NCBI GenBank assembly: GCA_028376765.1
Contig: JAONBD010000002.1
Span: 9,930 to 73,929 of the forward strand
Origin: Candidatus Kapaibacterium sp.
Lineage (GTDB): Bacteria > Bacteroidota > Ignavibacteria > Kapaibacteriales > UBA2268
DNA: 64,000 nucleotides
Direction: 5' to 3'
The position numbers were made by a program, and so were the translations under genes. The notes beneath the pieces were generated by a model. That model saw only the letters and a program-made list of their open reading frames with translations. It did not search any database and was not told the DNA's origin. Shown in pieces: positions 1-10,925 of this stretch; the stretch's first letter is position 1, and every line of letters starts with the position of its first letter.

Positions 1-2
1 AT

Positions 3-1505
3 GACGAGTATGTTTTGATAGCTTCATCTGGTTTTTCTGCGAGTCAATTTTTAAATTACTGCAATGATAATTTCTGTCACTCTGATACACTTGTTGATGT
101 GTTCAAGAATCTTGGATCAAATAGCTTTACAAAAGATTGGGTTAAGGCTGATGTTGGCTACTGCCTTGTAAGTGGCAAAACACTAAATAATAATTTTATT
201 AAAGAAGATATAAAATTCGAAGAATTATCGAATCTAAAAGGTGAGCTTCCGTTTTATCCACTCAATGGTACAATAAAAAGTAAATTAATTGGGCCTGCAA
301 AAAGTTGGAAAAATATTAATATTGGATTTTCTGGAGTTTCTACAATTTTAATTAATATTTATGATTCCGATAATAATCTAATAAAAGTTATAAATGGCTT
401 AGAATCATTTGATCTTAGTGACATAAGTGCAGATTATCTTAGATTTGAAATCAACTTTGAAAGAGAGAACGAAAACAGCTTTTTAAATGTAAATAAATTA
501 GATATTCAGTTTATTCCAAAACCTGAACTAGGTGTTGAAACAGTAACAAATAGTGATTCTAATCTACTAAGGGGTGAGGAATACTCACTCAATCTTAATC
601 TATTTAATTATTCACTTAGAACAAATGCAGATAGTGTTTTTATTGATAGAACAATTAATAATGGTGCAATTAATTCTAGTTTATTAACTAGCTATTTATC
701 AAAAAATACCGAAGATGATTTTGATTTAATACTTGATACCAAATCTTATGAATTATTGAATCAAATTTCATTTAATCTCTCTGATTCAAATATTGATATT
801 CATACATTTAATAACTCTTCTCAAAATTTAATCACTATTTATGAAGATACAATCCCCCCAAATTTGGCTGTGAAATTAAATAATCAAGTACTTTCAGATG
901 GAGATTTTATTCCATTAGATGCAGAAATTATTGTAGAGTTTTACGATAATTCTCCTTTAGCTGTTGATGGACTTAGTAATTTTGATTTATTAAGGTTTAA
1001 TGGATTTTTAGATGATAACGAAATTGAATTTTCAAATGATTTTGATCACAAAGAATCAAATGGGTTAAAAGCAAGATTAGTATTACCTAATGAAAGAATT
1101 AGACCAGGTTTGAATAGAGCAAATTTACTGCAAATAGAGGCATTCGATGCTTCTAACAATCGTGATACATTATTCATGTACTTAAATGTAACTGAAAATG
1201 GTGATATTATTAACCCAATATCATATCCAAATCCATTTAATACTTCATCAATAATTAAATTTGATATACTCTCCCCCATCATCTTGAGTGATGCTACAAG
1301 CATTGTAAACATTTATGACTCAAATGGTAATTTTATTAGGCAATTAAAATCAGAAACTAAAGTAGGTACTAATGAATTATTGTGGGATGGGAAAGATAGC
1401 TCTGGAAACTCTATACCCAATGGAAGGTATTATTATTTAATTATGATACAATCTGATACCCATTTCCCAGATGGCAAAACAGGTATCAGTATTAAAGTAA
1501 ATTAG
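3..1505 (+). CDS. Secreted surface protein, 5'-partial, with T9SS-type / FlgD-Ig-like C-terminal sorting domain
   Basis: The frame is open to the window edge, so the listed TTG at 15 is probably internal. C-terminus reads ...SYPNPFNTSSIIKFDI...VNIYDSNGNFIRQL...WDGKDSSGNSIPNGRYYYLI, typical of Por_Secre_tail/FlgD-Ig tails. Confidence 0.6.
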   Translation, partial: DEYVLIASSGFSASQFLNYCNDNFCHSDTLVDVFKNLGSNSFTKDWVKADVGYCLVSGKTLNNNFIKEDIKFEELSNLKGELPFYPLNGTIKSKLIGPAKSWKNINIGFSGVSTILINIYDSDNNLIKVINGLESFDLSDISADYLRFEINFERENENSFLNVNKLDIQFIPKPELGVETVTNSDSNLLRGEEYSLNLNLFNYSLRTNADSVFIDRTINNGAINSSLLTSYLSKNTEDDFDLILDTKSYELLNQISFNLSDSNIDIHTFNNSSQNLITIYEDTIPPNLAVKLNNQVLSDGDFIPLDAEIIVEFYDNSPLAVDGLSNFDLLRFNGFLDDNEIEFSNDFDHKESNGLKARLVLPNERIRPGLNRANLLQIEAFDASNNRDTLFMYLNVTENGDIINPISYPNPFNTSSIIKFDILSPIILSDATSIVNIYDSNGNFIRQLKSETKVGTNELLWDGKDSSGNSIPNGRYYYLIMIQSDTHFPDGKTGISIKVN

Positions 1506-1507
1506 AA

Positions 1508-3307
1508 TTAACTTTGAATTAATTCTTCAATTTGATTCATTAAATTAGTCATTTTGTTGGTTACAGCCTCTAATGTAGATTTTTGGGTCAAATCAACACC
1601 AGCTTCTTTAAGTATATCAATTGCATAATTTGATTTTCCAGCTGCTAAAAATTTCATTACTTTTCCGGCTCCCTTTTCTCCTTCTTCAAGGACTTGTTTT
1701 GCTAAAACTTCACTAGCAGCAAGTCCAGTCGCATATTGATACACATAAAAGCCATAGTAAAAGTGGGGAACTCGTGACCATGTATAAAATTCTTCTGGGT
1801 CGGCAATTATTTCATTCCCATAATATTTTTTATAGATTTCTCCGTAGAGATTTGTTAATGACTCAGCATTTAGTGATTCCCCAGCCTCTGTTTTCGAATG
1901 AACAAGCATCTCATATTCGGCAAATTGTGTTTGCCTAAAATATGTGCTAACAATTTTATTTACATACGATTCTAGAAGAGTAAGTTTTTCTTGTTTGCTG
2001 GTAGCAATACTCATCATATAATCATGTAACATATTTTCATTGGTGATAGATGCTACTTCTGCTAAAAATATTGGGTATCCTGCATAAATATTTGGCTGAT
2101 ATTTTCCAGTAAAATATGAGTGCATATTGTGACCCATTTCGTGGGTTAGGGTTGATACATCGTTATAAGTATTTGTCCAGTTCAATAGCACATAAGGATC
2201 CACTCCTATTGTAACCCCACTCGAATAAGCTCCCGACCTTTTACCAGGTGTTTCGTATACATCAATACGCCTGTTATCAAAGGCTTTATTTAGTGCTTCG
2301 ATATATTGGAAACCCATAGGTTTTAAGCTTTCAATTACAATTTTCTGTCCCTCTTCGTAGCTATATTCTTTTTTTGATTCTGGAAAAAGAGTAACATACA
2401 TATCAAATGGATGAATTTCCTCTAATCCCAATATTCTTTTTTTGATCCCTACCCATCTGTGAAGAACGCTTACATTTTCATTTACAGAGTCAATTAAATT
2501 ATGATATACGCTTGTAGGAATATTATTTGGTTTTAATGCAGATTCCAAACTTGAATTGTATGATCTAGCCTTAGATCTGAAAATATGAGATTGTAAATTT
2601 CCAGTAAATAATGAAGCTAGGGTATTTTGCCACTCTTGATATGGTTTGTAATAATTTCTATAAACTCTTTCTCTATATTCTCGATTAGTAGAATACATTG
2701 AACTATAAAAAATTCCTTCAGTAATTTCTACATCTTCATTATTTTCATCTTTAATAGTTGGATATTTTAAGTCAGCATTTTTAAAAAATCCAAAGGCATT
2801 AGAGCTTGTTGATAGAGCAGGAGATGATAAAGCTAGTATCTTTTCTTCTTTTTTAGTTAGGGAATGTTGTTTTTGCCTAAATAAATTATCAAAGAAATGT
2901 TTATAGCCTCTGTACTGCTCATTTTCAGCCATCCATTTATATAGAACACGCTCAGGTATTTCTAATATTTCAGGAACAATAAAACTGGATTTACTTTTTG
3001 CAGATGAATAAATTGTATGCATTCTGCCTTCCATCGATTGATATTTTGACACATTCAAGTCAACATCTTTTGCCAAAAAAGCATACAAGTGAAGTTTGCT
3101 TAATTTCAAATCAATATATTCGTCAAAACCCAAACATTTAAATAATATTTCTGAGCTTTCTGCTAATTTACCTTCGTAATTTGAATATTTATCTATTGAA
3201 TCTTCAACAAACTTAAAATCTTTTTCCCACTCATCATTTGAGCTATAGATTACTTCAATGTCCCATTTATATTCACTCGGTATGTCTTTTCTTGATCGAT
3301 ATTTCAT
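1508..3307 (-). CDS. pepF: Oligoendopeptidase F (M3B metallopeptidase)
   Basis: 599 aa with the HEMGH zinc motif (LTHEMGHNMHSYF). Length and overall pattern are typical of PepF, and there is no signal peptide. Confidence 0.85.
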   Translation of the reverse strand: MKYRSRKDIPSEYKWDIEVIYSSNDEWEKDFKFVEDSIDKYSNYEGKLAESSEILFKCLGFDEYIDLKLSKLHLYAFLAKDVDLNVSKYQSMEGRMHTIYSSAKSKSSFIVPEILEIPERVLYKWMAENEQYRGYKHFFDNLFRQKQHSLTKKEEKILALSSPALSTSSNAFGFFKNADLKYPTIKDENNEDVEITEGIFYSSMYSTNREYRERVYRNYYKPYQEWQNTLASLFTGNLQSHIFRSKARSYNSSLESALKPNNIPTSVYHNLIDSVNENVSVLHRWVGIKKRILGLEEIHPFDMYVTLFPESKKEYSYEEGQKIVIESLKPMGFQYIEALNKAFDNRRIDVYETPGKRSGAYSSGVTIGVDPYVLLNWTNTYNDVSTLTHEMGHNMHSYFTGKYQPNIYAGYPIFLAEVASITNENMLHDYMMSIATSKQEKLTLLESYVNKIVSTYFRQTQFAEYEMLVHSKTEAGESLNAESLTNLYGEIYKKYYGNEIIADPEEFYTWSRVPHFYYGFYVYQYATGLAASEVLAKQVLEEGEKGAGKVMKFLAAGKSNYAIDILKEAGVDLTQKSTLEAVTNKMTNLMNQIEELIQS

Positions 3308-3425
3308 TGTTTTTTTTGAGGATTATTTGTAAAGATACTTTCACGCATAGATAATATTTTTATTTATAAATTATAATTTCGGTATTAATTTAAATCTAAC
3401 TAAAAATATAATAATTTAGTTTTAA

Positions 3426-4277
3426 TTATAATTTTTCTAATATAAACTTAATAGCTTTTTTATGAGCATCTTTTGCCATTTTCGGTTTATGCCCTGGGTT
3501 AGAAGGATTAGCAAAAGCATGATTAGCTTCATAACTATGCAATTCCAAATTCTTATTGGTAGCATTCATTCTATTTTCAAACTCTTTGACTACTCCCGGA
3601 TTAATCCATTTATCTTGGGTTGCAAATATCCCTAAAACATCTGCTTCCAAATTTTTTAATCTTTGCATATTTTCTTCAGGCATACCATAATATATTACAC
3701 ACGCACTAGCATTTTCAGCTGCTTCAATAGCTAATTGCATGGACATACCCCCACCGAAGCACCAACCAATTGTTGCGATGGTTGCTTTATCACTTTTTGT
3801 TTTAACCATTTGAATTGCAGAATTAAAAATGGATAATAATCTATTCATATCTTTAGTTGCTTCTTGCATATAATTCCTTGCATCTTCTCTAGTTGTAGCA
3901 ACTTTACCATCATACAAATCCAAAGCTATTACATTGATTTCACCCCCTAAATCTCTAAAGATATTTTCTGCTTCTTTTTTTATATGATTATTTAAACCCC
4001 ACCACTCATGTATTACAAAAACATATTTATCAGAATTACCACTAATCATAAAAGCTTTTGCAGGCTTTTTTTCTTCTAAATTAATATCTATCATTTTACC
4101 AACTTCGGAATGAAAATTAAATGCAATTGGAACATTATGACTAGGTGCAAATTGTTTGTCTTTTGAAAAATTAGAAAATTTTTCTGGAGCAGTTGAGCAA
4201 CAAGATTTTGTACCTTCTGTTTCTTCAGCATTTAGAATACTAGTCATTATTATGATAACTAAGAGTATTGTTTTCAT
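3426..4277 (-). CDS. Dienelactone hydrolase family protein, secreted
   Basis: N-terminal signal peptide. Motifs HEWWGLN and the nucleophile-elbow-like GWCFGGG are typical of the DLH alpha/beta hydrolase family. Confidence 0.7.
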   Translation of the reverse strand: MKTILLVIIIMTSILNAEETEGTKSCCSTAPEKFSNFSKDKQFAPSHNVPIAFNFHSEVGKMIDINLEEKKPAKAFMISGNSDKYVFVIHEWWGLNNHIKKEAENIFRDLGGEINVIALDLYDGKVATTREDARNYMQEATKDMNRLLSIFNSAIQMVKTKSDKATIATIGWCFGGGMSMQLAIEAAENASACVIYYGMPEENMQRLKNLEADVLGIFATQDKWINPGVVKEFENRMNATNKNLELHSYEANHAFANPSNPGHKPKMAKDAHKKAIKFILEKL

Positions 4278-4350
4278 TTTTACTTCCTTTAAATGTAAGA
4301 TATTTAATAAATATATTTTTATAATTTAAGCATAATTATTACATTTAAAA

Positions 4351-5085
4351 ATGGAATATTCAGAAAATTTCGTTAATAGGTTACTTCAATCAAAAAGATT
4401 GGTAATATTAACAGGAGCTGGAACTTCAGCTGAAAGTGGTATCGCAACCTTTAGAGACCCAGAAGGGCTATGGAGTAAATTTGATCCTCTTGAATTAGCT
4501 AGTATTGACGGTTTTTTGGCAAATCCAAAACTTGTTTGGGAATGGTATCAGTATAGAGTCAATATTATTAATAACGCTAAACCAAATGGTGGACATTTAG
4601 CTATTACTGAATTACAAAAAATAAAAGATAATCTTGTTATTGTTACTCAGAATGTAGATAGATTACATCAGAAAGCTGGTTCAAAAAATGTGATTGAGCT
4701 ACATGGTGATATTATTACAAATAGATGTTTTGATTGTGAAAAGCAATACCTAGGAAAAACCTTACTACCTAATAATGAGTTACCTAAATGCAATTTTTGT
4801 AATGGTAAAATAAGACCTAATGTAGTATGGTTTGGTGAGCAATTACCGCAAAAAGCTATTTCTGATTCTGAAAATCATGCTAAAAAATCGGATGTTTTTC
4901 TAATTGCTGGGACTTCCTCAGAGGTATATCCAGCTGCCGGTTTATCTTATTTAGCGAAGCAGTATGGATCTTTTGTCATAGAAATAAATCCAAACGAGAC
5001 AAATTTTTCTAGCTCTGCAGATTATATTATTAGAGAAAAATCAAGCCATGCATTTCAAAATATTTTAAATATATTAAAAGATTAG
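4351..5085 (+). CDS. cobB: NAD-dependent protein deacylase (Sir2 family, class III)
   Basis: Motifs GAGTSAESGIATFRD and QNVDRLHQKAG. Zn-ribbon cysteines CFDC...CNFC, followed by RPNVVWFGE. Confidence 0.9.
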   Translation: MEYSENFVNRLLQSKRLVILTGAGTSAESGIATFRDPEGLWSKFDPLELASIDGFLANPKLVWEWYQYRVNIINNAKPNGGHLAITELQKIKDNLVIVTQNVDRLHQKAGSKNVIELHGDIITNRCFDCEKQYLGKTLLPNNELPKCNFCNGKIRPNVVWFGEQLPQKAISDSENHAKKSDVFLIAGTSSEVYPAAGLSYLAKQYGSFVIEINPNETNFSSSADYIIREKSSHAFQNILNILKD

Positions 5086-5089
5086 CTTG

Positions 5090-8047
5090 TTATTTTCTTA
5101 AATATACTGGATAAATTTCGGTAACACCATTTGATAATTCTAGCATAATATAATATAAACCATTATTTGCAAGATCACCTTTTTCGGTATATCCATCCCA
5201 TCTATCAGTATAAGCTATATTTTCTCTTCTTGGAACATTATCCACAGGAGTAGCTACTAATCTATTATTTTGGTCGAATATTCTAATTGTAACATTAACA
5301 TCGTTACCTACAAAATATACAATTTCAAGCTCTTCTCTAGGTGGTCTAAATGGATTTGGTGCTACAAGTTGAATGTTTCTTACTTTAAATCCAGAACCAA
5401 TAGCTTCTCCCATCACACAAGAATTTTTACAACTAATCCTAAGCTGAAGTGTATCCTGCAAACTAATTGGGAGCTGCCACTTATAACTTCCATCCTCAAT
5501 TGGAACCTCTTCAATCATACTAAAAGAATTTGATCCAGTTCTGAATGAAATTACTACTGTATCACATGGATAATCATTGAATAAAGGATCCCAAATAAAT
5601 TCTTTTGTAGGATCTGCAGTTAATAAACTATCTATTTGAAAATCGAAAGGGTATGGAATTACATCAGTACTAAATGTAGTAGAGTAATCAATTAATTGTG
5701 ATTTATATGTTACTAATCTCCATGATAAATTTTGAGAAACCATATCACTCTGCCAATCAAATGCATCTAAACATGGTATTTCAGCCTCTATATTAAATGT
5801 ATTTGAAACCTGAGAGGAATCAATTGCAGCTCTAGTCCAAGTATTTCCAAATTCTGAATACTCAACGATTAAGGAGTCGTAACAAAATATTTCTCCAGAA
5901 AAGTCAATCATATCACCAACTGTATATTCAGGATTAGGAACATTATAGAATTCATTTATATTAGGAATATTAAAAGTATTTACACCACTAACATCAAAAA
6001 CTTCTGTAGGGTTAACGTCCGAAGAAATAATAAAGGCACCACTTCTTCCTATTACGAGTGTATCAATTTCATATCTATAAGTTATAGAATCTAGCGAATT
6101 ATCAATATTCCTAGAAATTGTTGCAGAATACCCAGTAGGGTTTCCTGTTAAATCTGTTTCTAAAAAGTAAAGAGACACAGTACCTTCTTCTTGAATTAGG
6201 TTTCTCCATTTAATATCAATAGTATCACCAATACAATATTGATCACTTTGGTTTACAGGTTCAAATACATCAAGAATATTATCAAGAGGTGAGCCAATAA
6301 CATAGGTTCTTTGAAAAGTTGTTACAATAACATCATTTCTACCATCACCTTCCATATCAGCAATTTGAGCATACGATATAGTCTCACCCTCAAAATTTTG
6401 TGTGTATAATGTATCAAATCTATTCCCTAACTGAAATTCTTTAGTATCATAATCTCTCATCTGCAATACCATAATTCTAGAGCCATTGACAACCAATATT
6501 TCATCTTTATCATTTGGGTCGTTATCTAAATCATTTACCGCAGCAATCCAACCATTTATTTTTTGAGTACAAATTGTATCAAATGGATTTAATGTAGAAT
6601 TTGGTGGAGATGTTTTTGGTATCTCCTTAATTGTTCCATTATATTTTAGAACTGAAATTCTGCTATTAGGAAATGCAAAGTCTCTTGTTGACTGACTTAC
6701 AATAACTTCATTCCCAGGATTATTTGGATAAAATTCTAAACTTTGGTTATTTTGCCCATCTAAGTTACCAGTTGCAACTGACCAATTATGGTTAGAACCT
6801 CCTTTAAAAGACGGATTGTCTGGATTTAATGGTAAAGTAAGTGGTATTAAAGGATTATCTGCATTTCTAAGGTGCAAATAAGAAGTTCCAATTGAATTAT
6901 CTACACCTGAATATTGTTCAGATACTAATATAAATCTCTCTTGTTGACTCGTTGAGTGATTCCACAAATCAATAAAATAGTTCCTTATTTTTGGTCGAGT
7001 TCCATTTATATCTTGGCTTATATCAGAACTTTTACCTAGTGTACCAAGTTTATTATCTGACATCTGAACATCAATTATATAAGGAGTATCCGAAAATGTG
7101 GATCTAGTTATAATATTAAAATCAAACCTAACTTGATAGTCGCTAGCTAGTACTGGTTGCAAACCAATAAGAGCATTTACAAAACCAAAATCGTTATTAT
7201 TGGTAATTGAGGGTTGGCTATGAAGTAATTCAGGAGCAAGATAAGCAATGTTATTAGTATCATATCCAATATCAGAAAATGGATAATTTGCGATTTCTTT
7301 ACTTGCGTCAAATTGGAAAACACCCCTATAAAATGGAGGGTTAACAGGGAATGTACTATCAGAATCTACAATCGGATCTTGCGAAGAAACTAAAGCATAT
7401 ATCTGGATTTCGTTATTGAATGATTTTCCATAATAAGGTTTGATATAAGCTGAGAAATTTGGACTTACTCCTCTCATATCAACAGCTAATCTCTTGATTA
7501 TATTCGGTTTTTGGGTAATGTGATTAAAACCAGCCAAATAAGCCAAAGCAAGTGTATCAGGCAAATCCTCTAGTTCAGCTCTTGAAGTCTCAATCGTTTC
7601 TAATCCCATTATAACAGGTGCCTGAACTCTATTTGGATATGATGTCCTGTTTGAATCAAATAATACACTTACTCCATTAATATAATTTGGCAAATCATCA
7701 GTTTCTTTAACGGTACCAGTACCATCTAATATTACCAACTTATCACCCACAATTGCAACCATTTCGTTAGGAGCGTATGGGTATTCTGGGAAAAGCTTCT
7801 CTTGTACAATAATATTCCCAATTAAAGGAGTAATATCTCCAGATATGGCTGATGATGACCATTTTATATTAAAATTTCTAATATTCTGTGAATCTGAAGC
7901 AAAAGGAACAAGCTTTGTTGCGTTAGGGTTTCCATCTGGGAATAACCAGTTTGCTGGGCTTGCATCAGTTTGTGCTACCATCACATAGTCGAAGCTTGTA
8001 ATTATAAGCAAGTATGCAATTAATATTTTAATTGGATTTTTTATCAT
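5090..8047 (-). CDS. Large secreted FG-GAP/VCBS-like repeat protein with FlgD-Ig/T9SS-type C-terminal domain
   Basis: Signal peptide. FG-GAP-like Ca-loop ADMEGDGRNDVIVTT and DLDNDPNDKDEILVV. C-terminus APNPFRPP...VTIRIFDQNNRLV...WDGYTEKGDLANNGLYYIML. Confidence 0.6.
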   Translation of the reverse strand: MIKNPIKILIAYLLIITSFDYVMVAQTDASPANWLFPDGNPNATKLVPFASDSQNIRNFNIKWSSSAISGDITPLIGNIIVQEKLFPEYPYAPNEMVAIVGDKLVILDGTGTVKETDDLPNYINGVSVLFDSNRTSYPNRVQAPVIMGLETIETSRAELEDLPDTLALAYLAGFNHITQKPNIIKRLAVDMRGVSPNFSAYIKPYYGKSFNNEIQIYALVSSQDPIVDSDSTFPVNPPFYRGVFQFDASKEIANYPFSDIGYDTNNIAYLAPELLHSQPSITNNNDFGFVNALIGLQPVLASDYQVRFDFNIITRSTFSDTPYIIDVQMSDNKLGTLGKSSDISQDINGTRPKIRNYFIDLWNHSTSQQERFILVSEQYSGVDNSIGTSYLHLRNADNPLIPLTLPLNPDNPSFKGGSNHNWSVATGNLDGQNNQSLEFYPNNPGNEVIVSQSTRDFAFPNSRISVLKYNGTIKEIPKTSPPNSTLNPFDTICTQKINGWIAAVNDLDNDPNDKDEILVVNGSRIMVLQMRDYDTKEFQLGNRFDTLYTQNFEGETISYAQIADMEGDGRNDVIVTTFQRTYVIGSPLDNILDVFEPVNQSDQYCIGDTIDIKWRNLIQEEGTVSLYFLETDLTGNPTGYSATISRNIDNSLDSITYRYEIDTLVIGRSGAFIISSDVNPTEVFDVSGVNTFNIPNINEFYNVPNPEYTVGDMIDFSGEIFCYDSLIVEYSEFGNTWTRAAIDSSQVSNTFNIEAEIPCLDAFDWQSDMVSQNLSWRLVTYKSQLIDYSTTFSTDVIPYPFDFQIDSLLTADPTKEFIWDPLFNDYPCDTVVISFRTGSNSFSMIEEVPIEDGSYKWQLPISLQDTLQLRISCKNSCVMGEAIGSGFKVRNIQLVAPNPFRPPREELEIVYFVGNDVNVTIRIFDQNNRLVATPVDNVPRRENIAYTDRWDGYTEKGDLANNGLYYIMLELSNGVTEIYPVYLRK

Positions 8048-8219
8048 TGTTTTTTGAGATTTTTATTCAAATAAAATAAAGCATAAATCAAGCCAATCTA
8101 TCTATTTTTATTAATAATTACTAAATCTAGTTTTTTTCTTAATTGGTTTCGGCTGTATCATGCAAATAAAAAATAATTTTCATAATTTGTTGAAACAAGT
8201 ATAAGGAATCAACCTAAAA

Positions 8220-8978
8220 ATGAGTAAAAATATAATTATTACAGGCGCAAGTTCAGGAATTGGAAAAGCCAGTGCCATAAAGTTTGCATCAATGGGCTAC
8301 AATGTTGCAATAACTGGACGCAGAAAAGAAAATTTAGAAGAATTATCTGAATATATTGAAAACGAATTTGAAATCGAAGTTAAGACACTTAATTTTGATA
8401 TTAGATCTAATAAAGAAACTGAAATCAACATTTCATCTCTATTAAATGAATGGCAAAATATAGATTTACTTCTTAACAATGCTGGACTTGCAGCTGGTTT
8501 TGATGAATTTCCAAAATCTGATGTAAATGATTGGGAGCAAATGATCGATACAAATATTAAGGGACTTCTCTATATTTCAAAAATAGTATCAGAGAAAATG
8601 GTATCTCAAAATTTTGGTCATATTATAAATGTCGGTTCAATAGCAGGTTATAATGTGTACCCCAAAGGACATGTTTATTGTGCTTCAAAATATGCAGTTA
8701 GAGCTTTAACTGAAGGTATGAGAGAAGATTTGATTCAACATAATATTAAAGTTTCTAGTATAAACCCTGGTATGGTAGAAACTGAGTTTTCACTTGTGAG
8801 GCTTAAAGGCTCTGAAAGTGCAGCCAAAAATGTTTATCAAGGACTAGAACCTTTAAAACCAGAAGATGTTGCTGAAACAATTTATTTTATGAGTAGTCAG
8901 CCAGATCATGTCAACTTAGCAGATGTTACAATATTGCCAAAAGCTCAAGCAAATGCACATTATACTTATAGAAAATGA
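8220..8978 (+). CDS. SDR family NADP-dependent oxidoreductase (YdfG-like)
   Basis: Motifs TGASSGIGKA, NNAG and YCASKYAV (YxxxK). TGRR indicates NADP preference. Confidence 0.85.
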   Translation: MSKNIIITGASSGIGKASAIKFASMGYNVAITGRRKENLEELSEYIENEFEIEVKTLNFDIRSNKETEINISSLLNEWQNIDLLLNNAGLAAGFDEFPKSDVNDWEQMIDTNIKGLLYISKIVSEKMVSQNFGHIINVGSIAGYNVYPKGHVYCASKYAVRALTEGMREDLIQHNIKVSSINPGMVETEFSLVRLKGSESAAKNVYQGLEPLKPEDVAETIYFMSSQPDHVNLADVTILPKAQANAHYTYRK

Positions 8979-9595
8979 AGATATTAATAGCATTAGTTTT
9001 AATATTTTGCGGAAATATCTTATCACTTGAAGATGTTGATATTTCAAAAGCAAAACACAGATTAACAATTAGCACTGGATCAGCCTATCACATTTTCCAG
9101 GAGGAATTTTTTAGTACTAATGGAGGTGGACTCTTTGGTCCTGACTTCATTCCAGAATATTCCCCAGGTTCATTATTTGGTATTGAGCTAGGATTAGAGT
9201 TGAGTGATTTTACATTAGCCTTACGTTCTAATTACTCTAGATTTTCTGGTACAATCGAAGGAATAGATTTAAGAAAAGATTCTTATACAATTTCAGGTGG
9301 TGCTTATGTTAAAATTTGGGAGTCTGGAAGAGCTAGATTTTATGCAAATACTTTTGTAAACTATTATATTTTAGATCATAAAAGTGATTTTGAGGGTGTT
9401 ACTTATAGAACACAAAGATATTCCTTATTATCAGCAGGAATTTTTGGTGAATTTTTCTTTAATGAGTATTTTTCTCTAGGCCTTAGCCCAGAAATAGATT
9501 TCTATACAATTTTTTTTGATAATTCAGAGTTAAACAACCCGCCTATATATTTCCGAATTAATGTTAATATCAGTATATATTCCAATGCTTTATAA
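8975..9595 (+). CDS. Hypothetical outer-membrane beta-barrel-like protein
   Basis: Signal peptide and alternating hydrophobic/aromatic beta-strand pattern. ATGA overlap with the upstream SDR gene. No family recognised. Confidence 0.4.
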   Translation: MKILIALVLIFCGNILSLEDVDISKAKHRLTISTGSAYHIFQEEFFSTNGGGLFGPDFIPEYSPGSLFGIELGLELSDFTLALRSNYSRFSGTIEGIDLRKDSYTISGGAYVKIWESGRARFYANTFVNYYILDHKSDFEGVTYRTQRYSLLSAGIFGEFFFNEYFSLGLSPEIDFYTIFFDNSELNNPPIYFRINVNISIYSNAL

Positions 9596-9629
9596 AAAAA
9601 GCGACTAATGTGATTAGCCGCTTTTTTTT
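9596..9629. terminator. Bidirectional intrinsic terminator between convergent genes
   Basis: An A-run, then GCGACTAAT-GTG-ATTAGCCGC (9-bp stem with one mismatch), then a T8 run. Confidence 0.7.
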
Positions 9630-9653
9630 GTTCTTAAATATTAATCTAAAGTC

Positions 9654-10925
9654 TTAATTGCTTGTTTTTACAAATGATTTGCTGATTGTTTTGTTATTAA
9701 TATTCGCATTTATAATATATACTCCATCTGCAAACTCTTTAATATTAATTTGATTTTTGTATTTACCCGAAAATACAACTTTACCATTAGGATTTAGAAT
9801 TTCAATATCTGTATTAGAATTTAATCCTTTTAAAGAAATAAAATCAGAGCTTGGGTTAGGATATAACTCAATTGCTAATTGATCTTCATTTTCAATTGAA
9901 TTGATTAATTCTGGTAGTTCATACATCCATAAATCTTTTTCATAAACGTCGGCTTGACCTCTAAAATTTGATCTTCCAGAAGTTAAATACAATTGATTTT
10001 CGATAATAAAATTACCTGGTGCCCATCTTGAATTTCCAGCATGTGCTCCTAATTTTGTCCATTCATTGAACTCTGGATCAAATTCCCACATCTCACCTTC
10101 TTCTAGCAACTGATGATCTTCTCCCTCTCCACTTAGCAGATAACCTTTCCCATTATATGAAAATTGGGTACCGGCAACTCTACCTTCACCTGGAAAGTCA
10201 TTAAGAGTTTCCCATTGTTCAGTTTCTGAATCCCATTTATACACATCATTATAAATTTGAACATTATTTCCAGTAGATGAACTTGTTACAAAATCGCTTC
10301 CATGTCCACAAACAACATAAGCATCGTTACCTATGCCAAAATAAAATGGATGGTGTCTCTGTGGCCCAGGAATATTTGGAAGCTCTCTCCATACATTAGT
10401 TTCAATATCATATTCCCACCAATCATTCAAATTTGATGGTGTAGTTGCATTTAAAAGACCCGCTCCAGCACCCGTGAAAATCTTTCCATTCGCAGCTATA
10501 AAAGCTGGATGATATCTCCCTTTTAATGGATCTAATGGAGCAAGTTGAGTCCATTGTTCGGTTGTTGGATCAAATTCCCATAAATCATTGCCATAACCTT
10601 GTTGAGCACCCTCTTGTATAATCCCCATTCCAACATAAGCCTTTCCGTTATAAGAAACACCATATCCGAACCCTCGACCTGGACCAGGGTAATTGCCAAG
10701 GGAAGTCCACTCATTTGTTACTGGGTCGTATTTGTAAAAGTCAGCGAGCATGGAGCCATCTGGTGTGGAACCACCAAGCAAATATCCATAACCATTAAGC
10801 GAAAATGTTATCGGGTGATGACGAACTGAAGCGCTAGCAGGTAGCGATTCCATCTCAATCCATTCCTCTTCCTGAGAAAATAGTAATGTTCCAAAAAGAA
10901 TAAGTAGTAAATTTAGTTTTATCAT
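9654..10925 (-). CDS. Kelch-repeat beta-propeller protein with T9SS C-terminal sorting domain
   Basis: Signal peptide. Repeated GG...W..L/P...R kelch-like units (NanM-like). C-terminus LYPNPSSDFISLKG...IEILNPNGKVV...DGVYIINA. Confidence 0.7.
   Translation of the reverse strand: MIKLNLLLILFGTLLFSQEEEWIEMESLPASASVRHHPITFSLNGYGYLLGGSTPDGSMLADFYKYDPVTNEWTSLGNYPGPGRGFGYGVSYNGKAYVGMGIIQEGAQQGYGNDLWEFDPTTEQWTQLAPLDPLKGRYHPAFIAANGKIFTGAGAGLLNATTPSNLNDWWEYDIETNVWRELPNIPGPQRHHPFYFGIGNDAYVVCGHGSDFVTSSSTGNNVQIYNDVYKWDSETEQWETLNDFPGEGRVAGTQFSYNGKGYLLSGEGEDHQLLEEGEMWEFDPEFNEWTKLGAHAGNSRWAPGNFIIENQLYLTSGRSNFRGQADVYEKDLWMYELPELINSIENEDQLAIELYPNPSSDFISLKGLNSNTDIEILNPNGKVVFSGKYKNQINIKEFADGVYIINANINNKTISKSFVKTSN

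Noticed and set aside
1046-1312. Short ORFs (60-92 aa) lying antisense to, or out of frame within, longer genes. They are 1046-1312, 5270-5533, 8297-8479, 10532-10714, 10599-10829, 15861-16049, 18068-18253, 19036-19221, 20157-20348, 21124-21306, 23732-23929, 28694-28897, 28988-29197, 32371-32556, 32569-32775, 34417-34608, 35203-35394, 38441-38623, 42069-42293, 42957-43175, 46597-46785, 47191-47469, 47265-47486, 47820-48026, 50155-50340, 51840-52094, 53399-53599, 57598-57810, 59159-59362, 60455-60637 and 62180-62368.
   Set aside because: All are embedded in much longer ORFs with recognisable families or signal peptides, or in the last case span the repeat array. They have low-complexity, Leu/Ile/Ser/Phe-rich translations typical of shadow frames in AT-rich DNA. 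None has a recognisable motif or SD.
4291-4346. An 8-bp inverted repeat, AAATGTAA ... TTACATTT, spanning the divergent DLH/cobB promoter region.
   Set aside because: The arms are ~40 nt apart in very AT-rich DNA, and a match of this size is expected by chance in such a gap.
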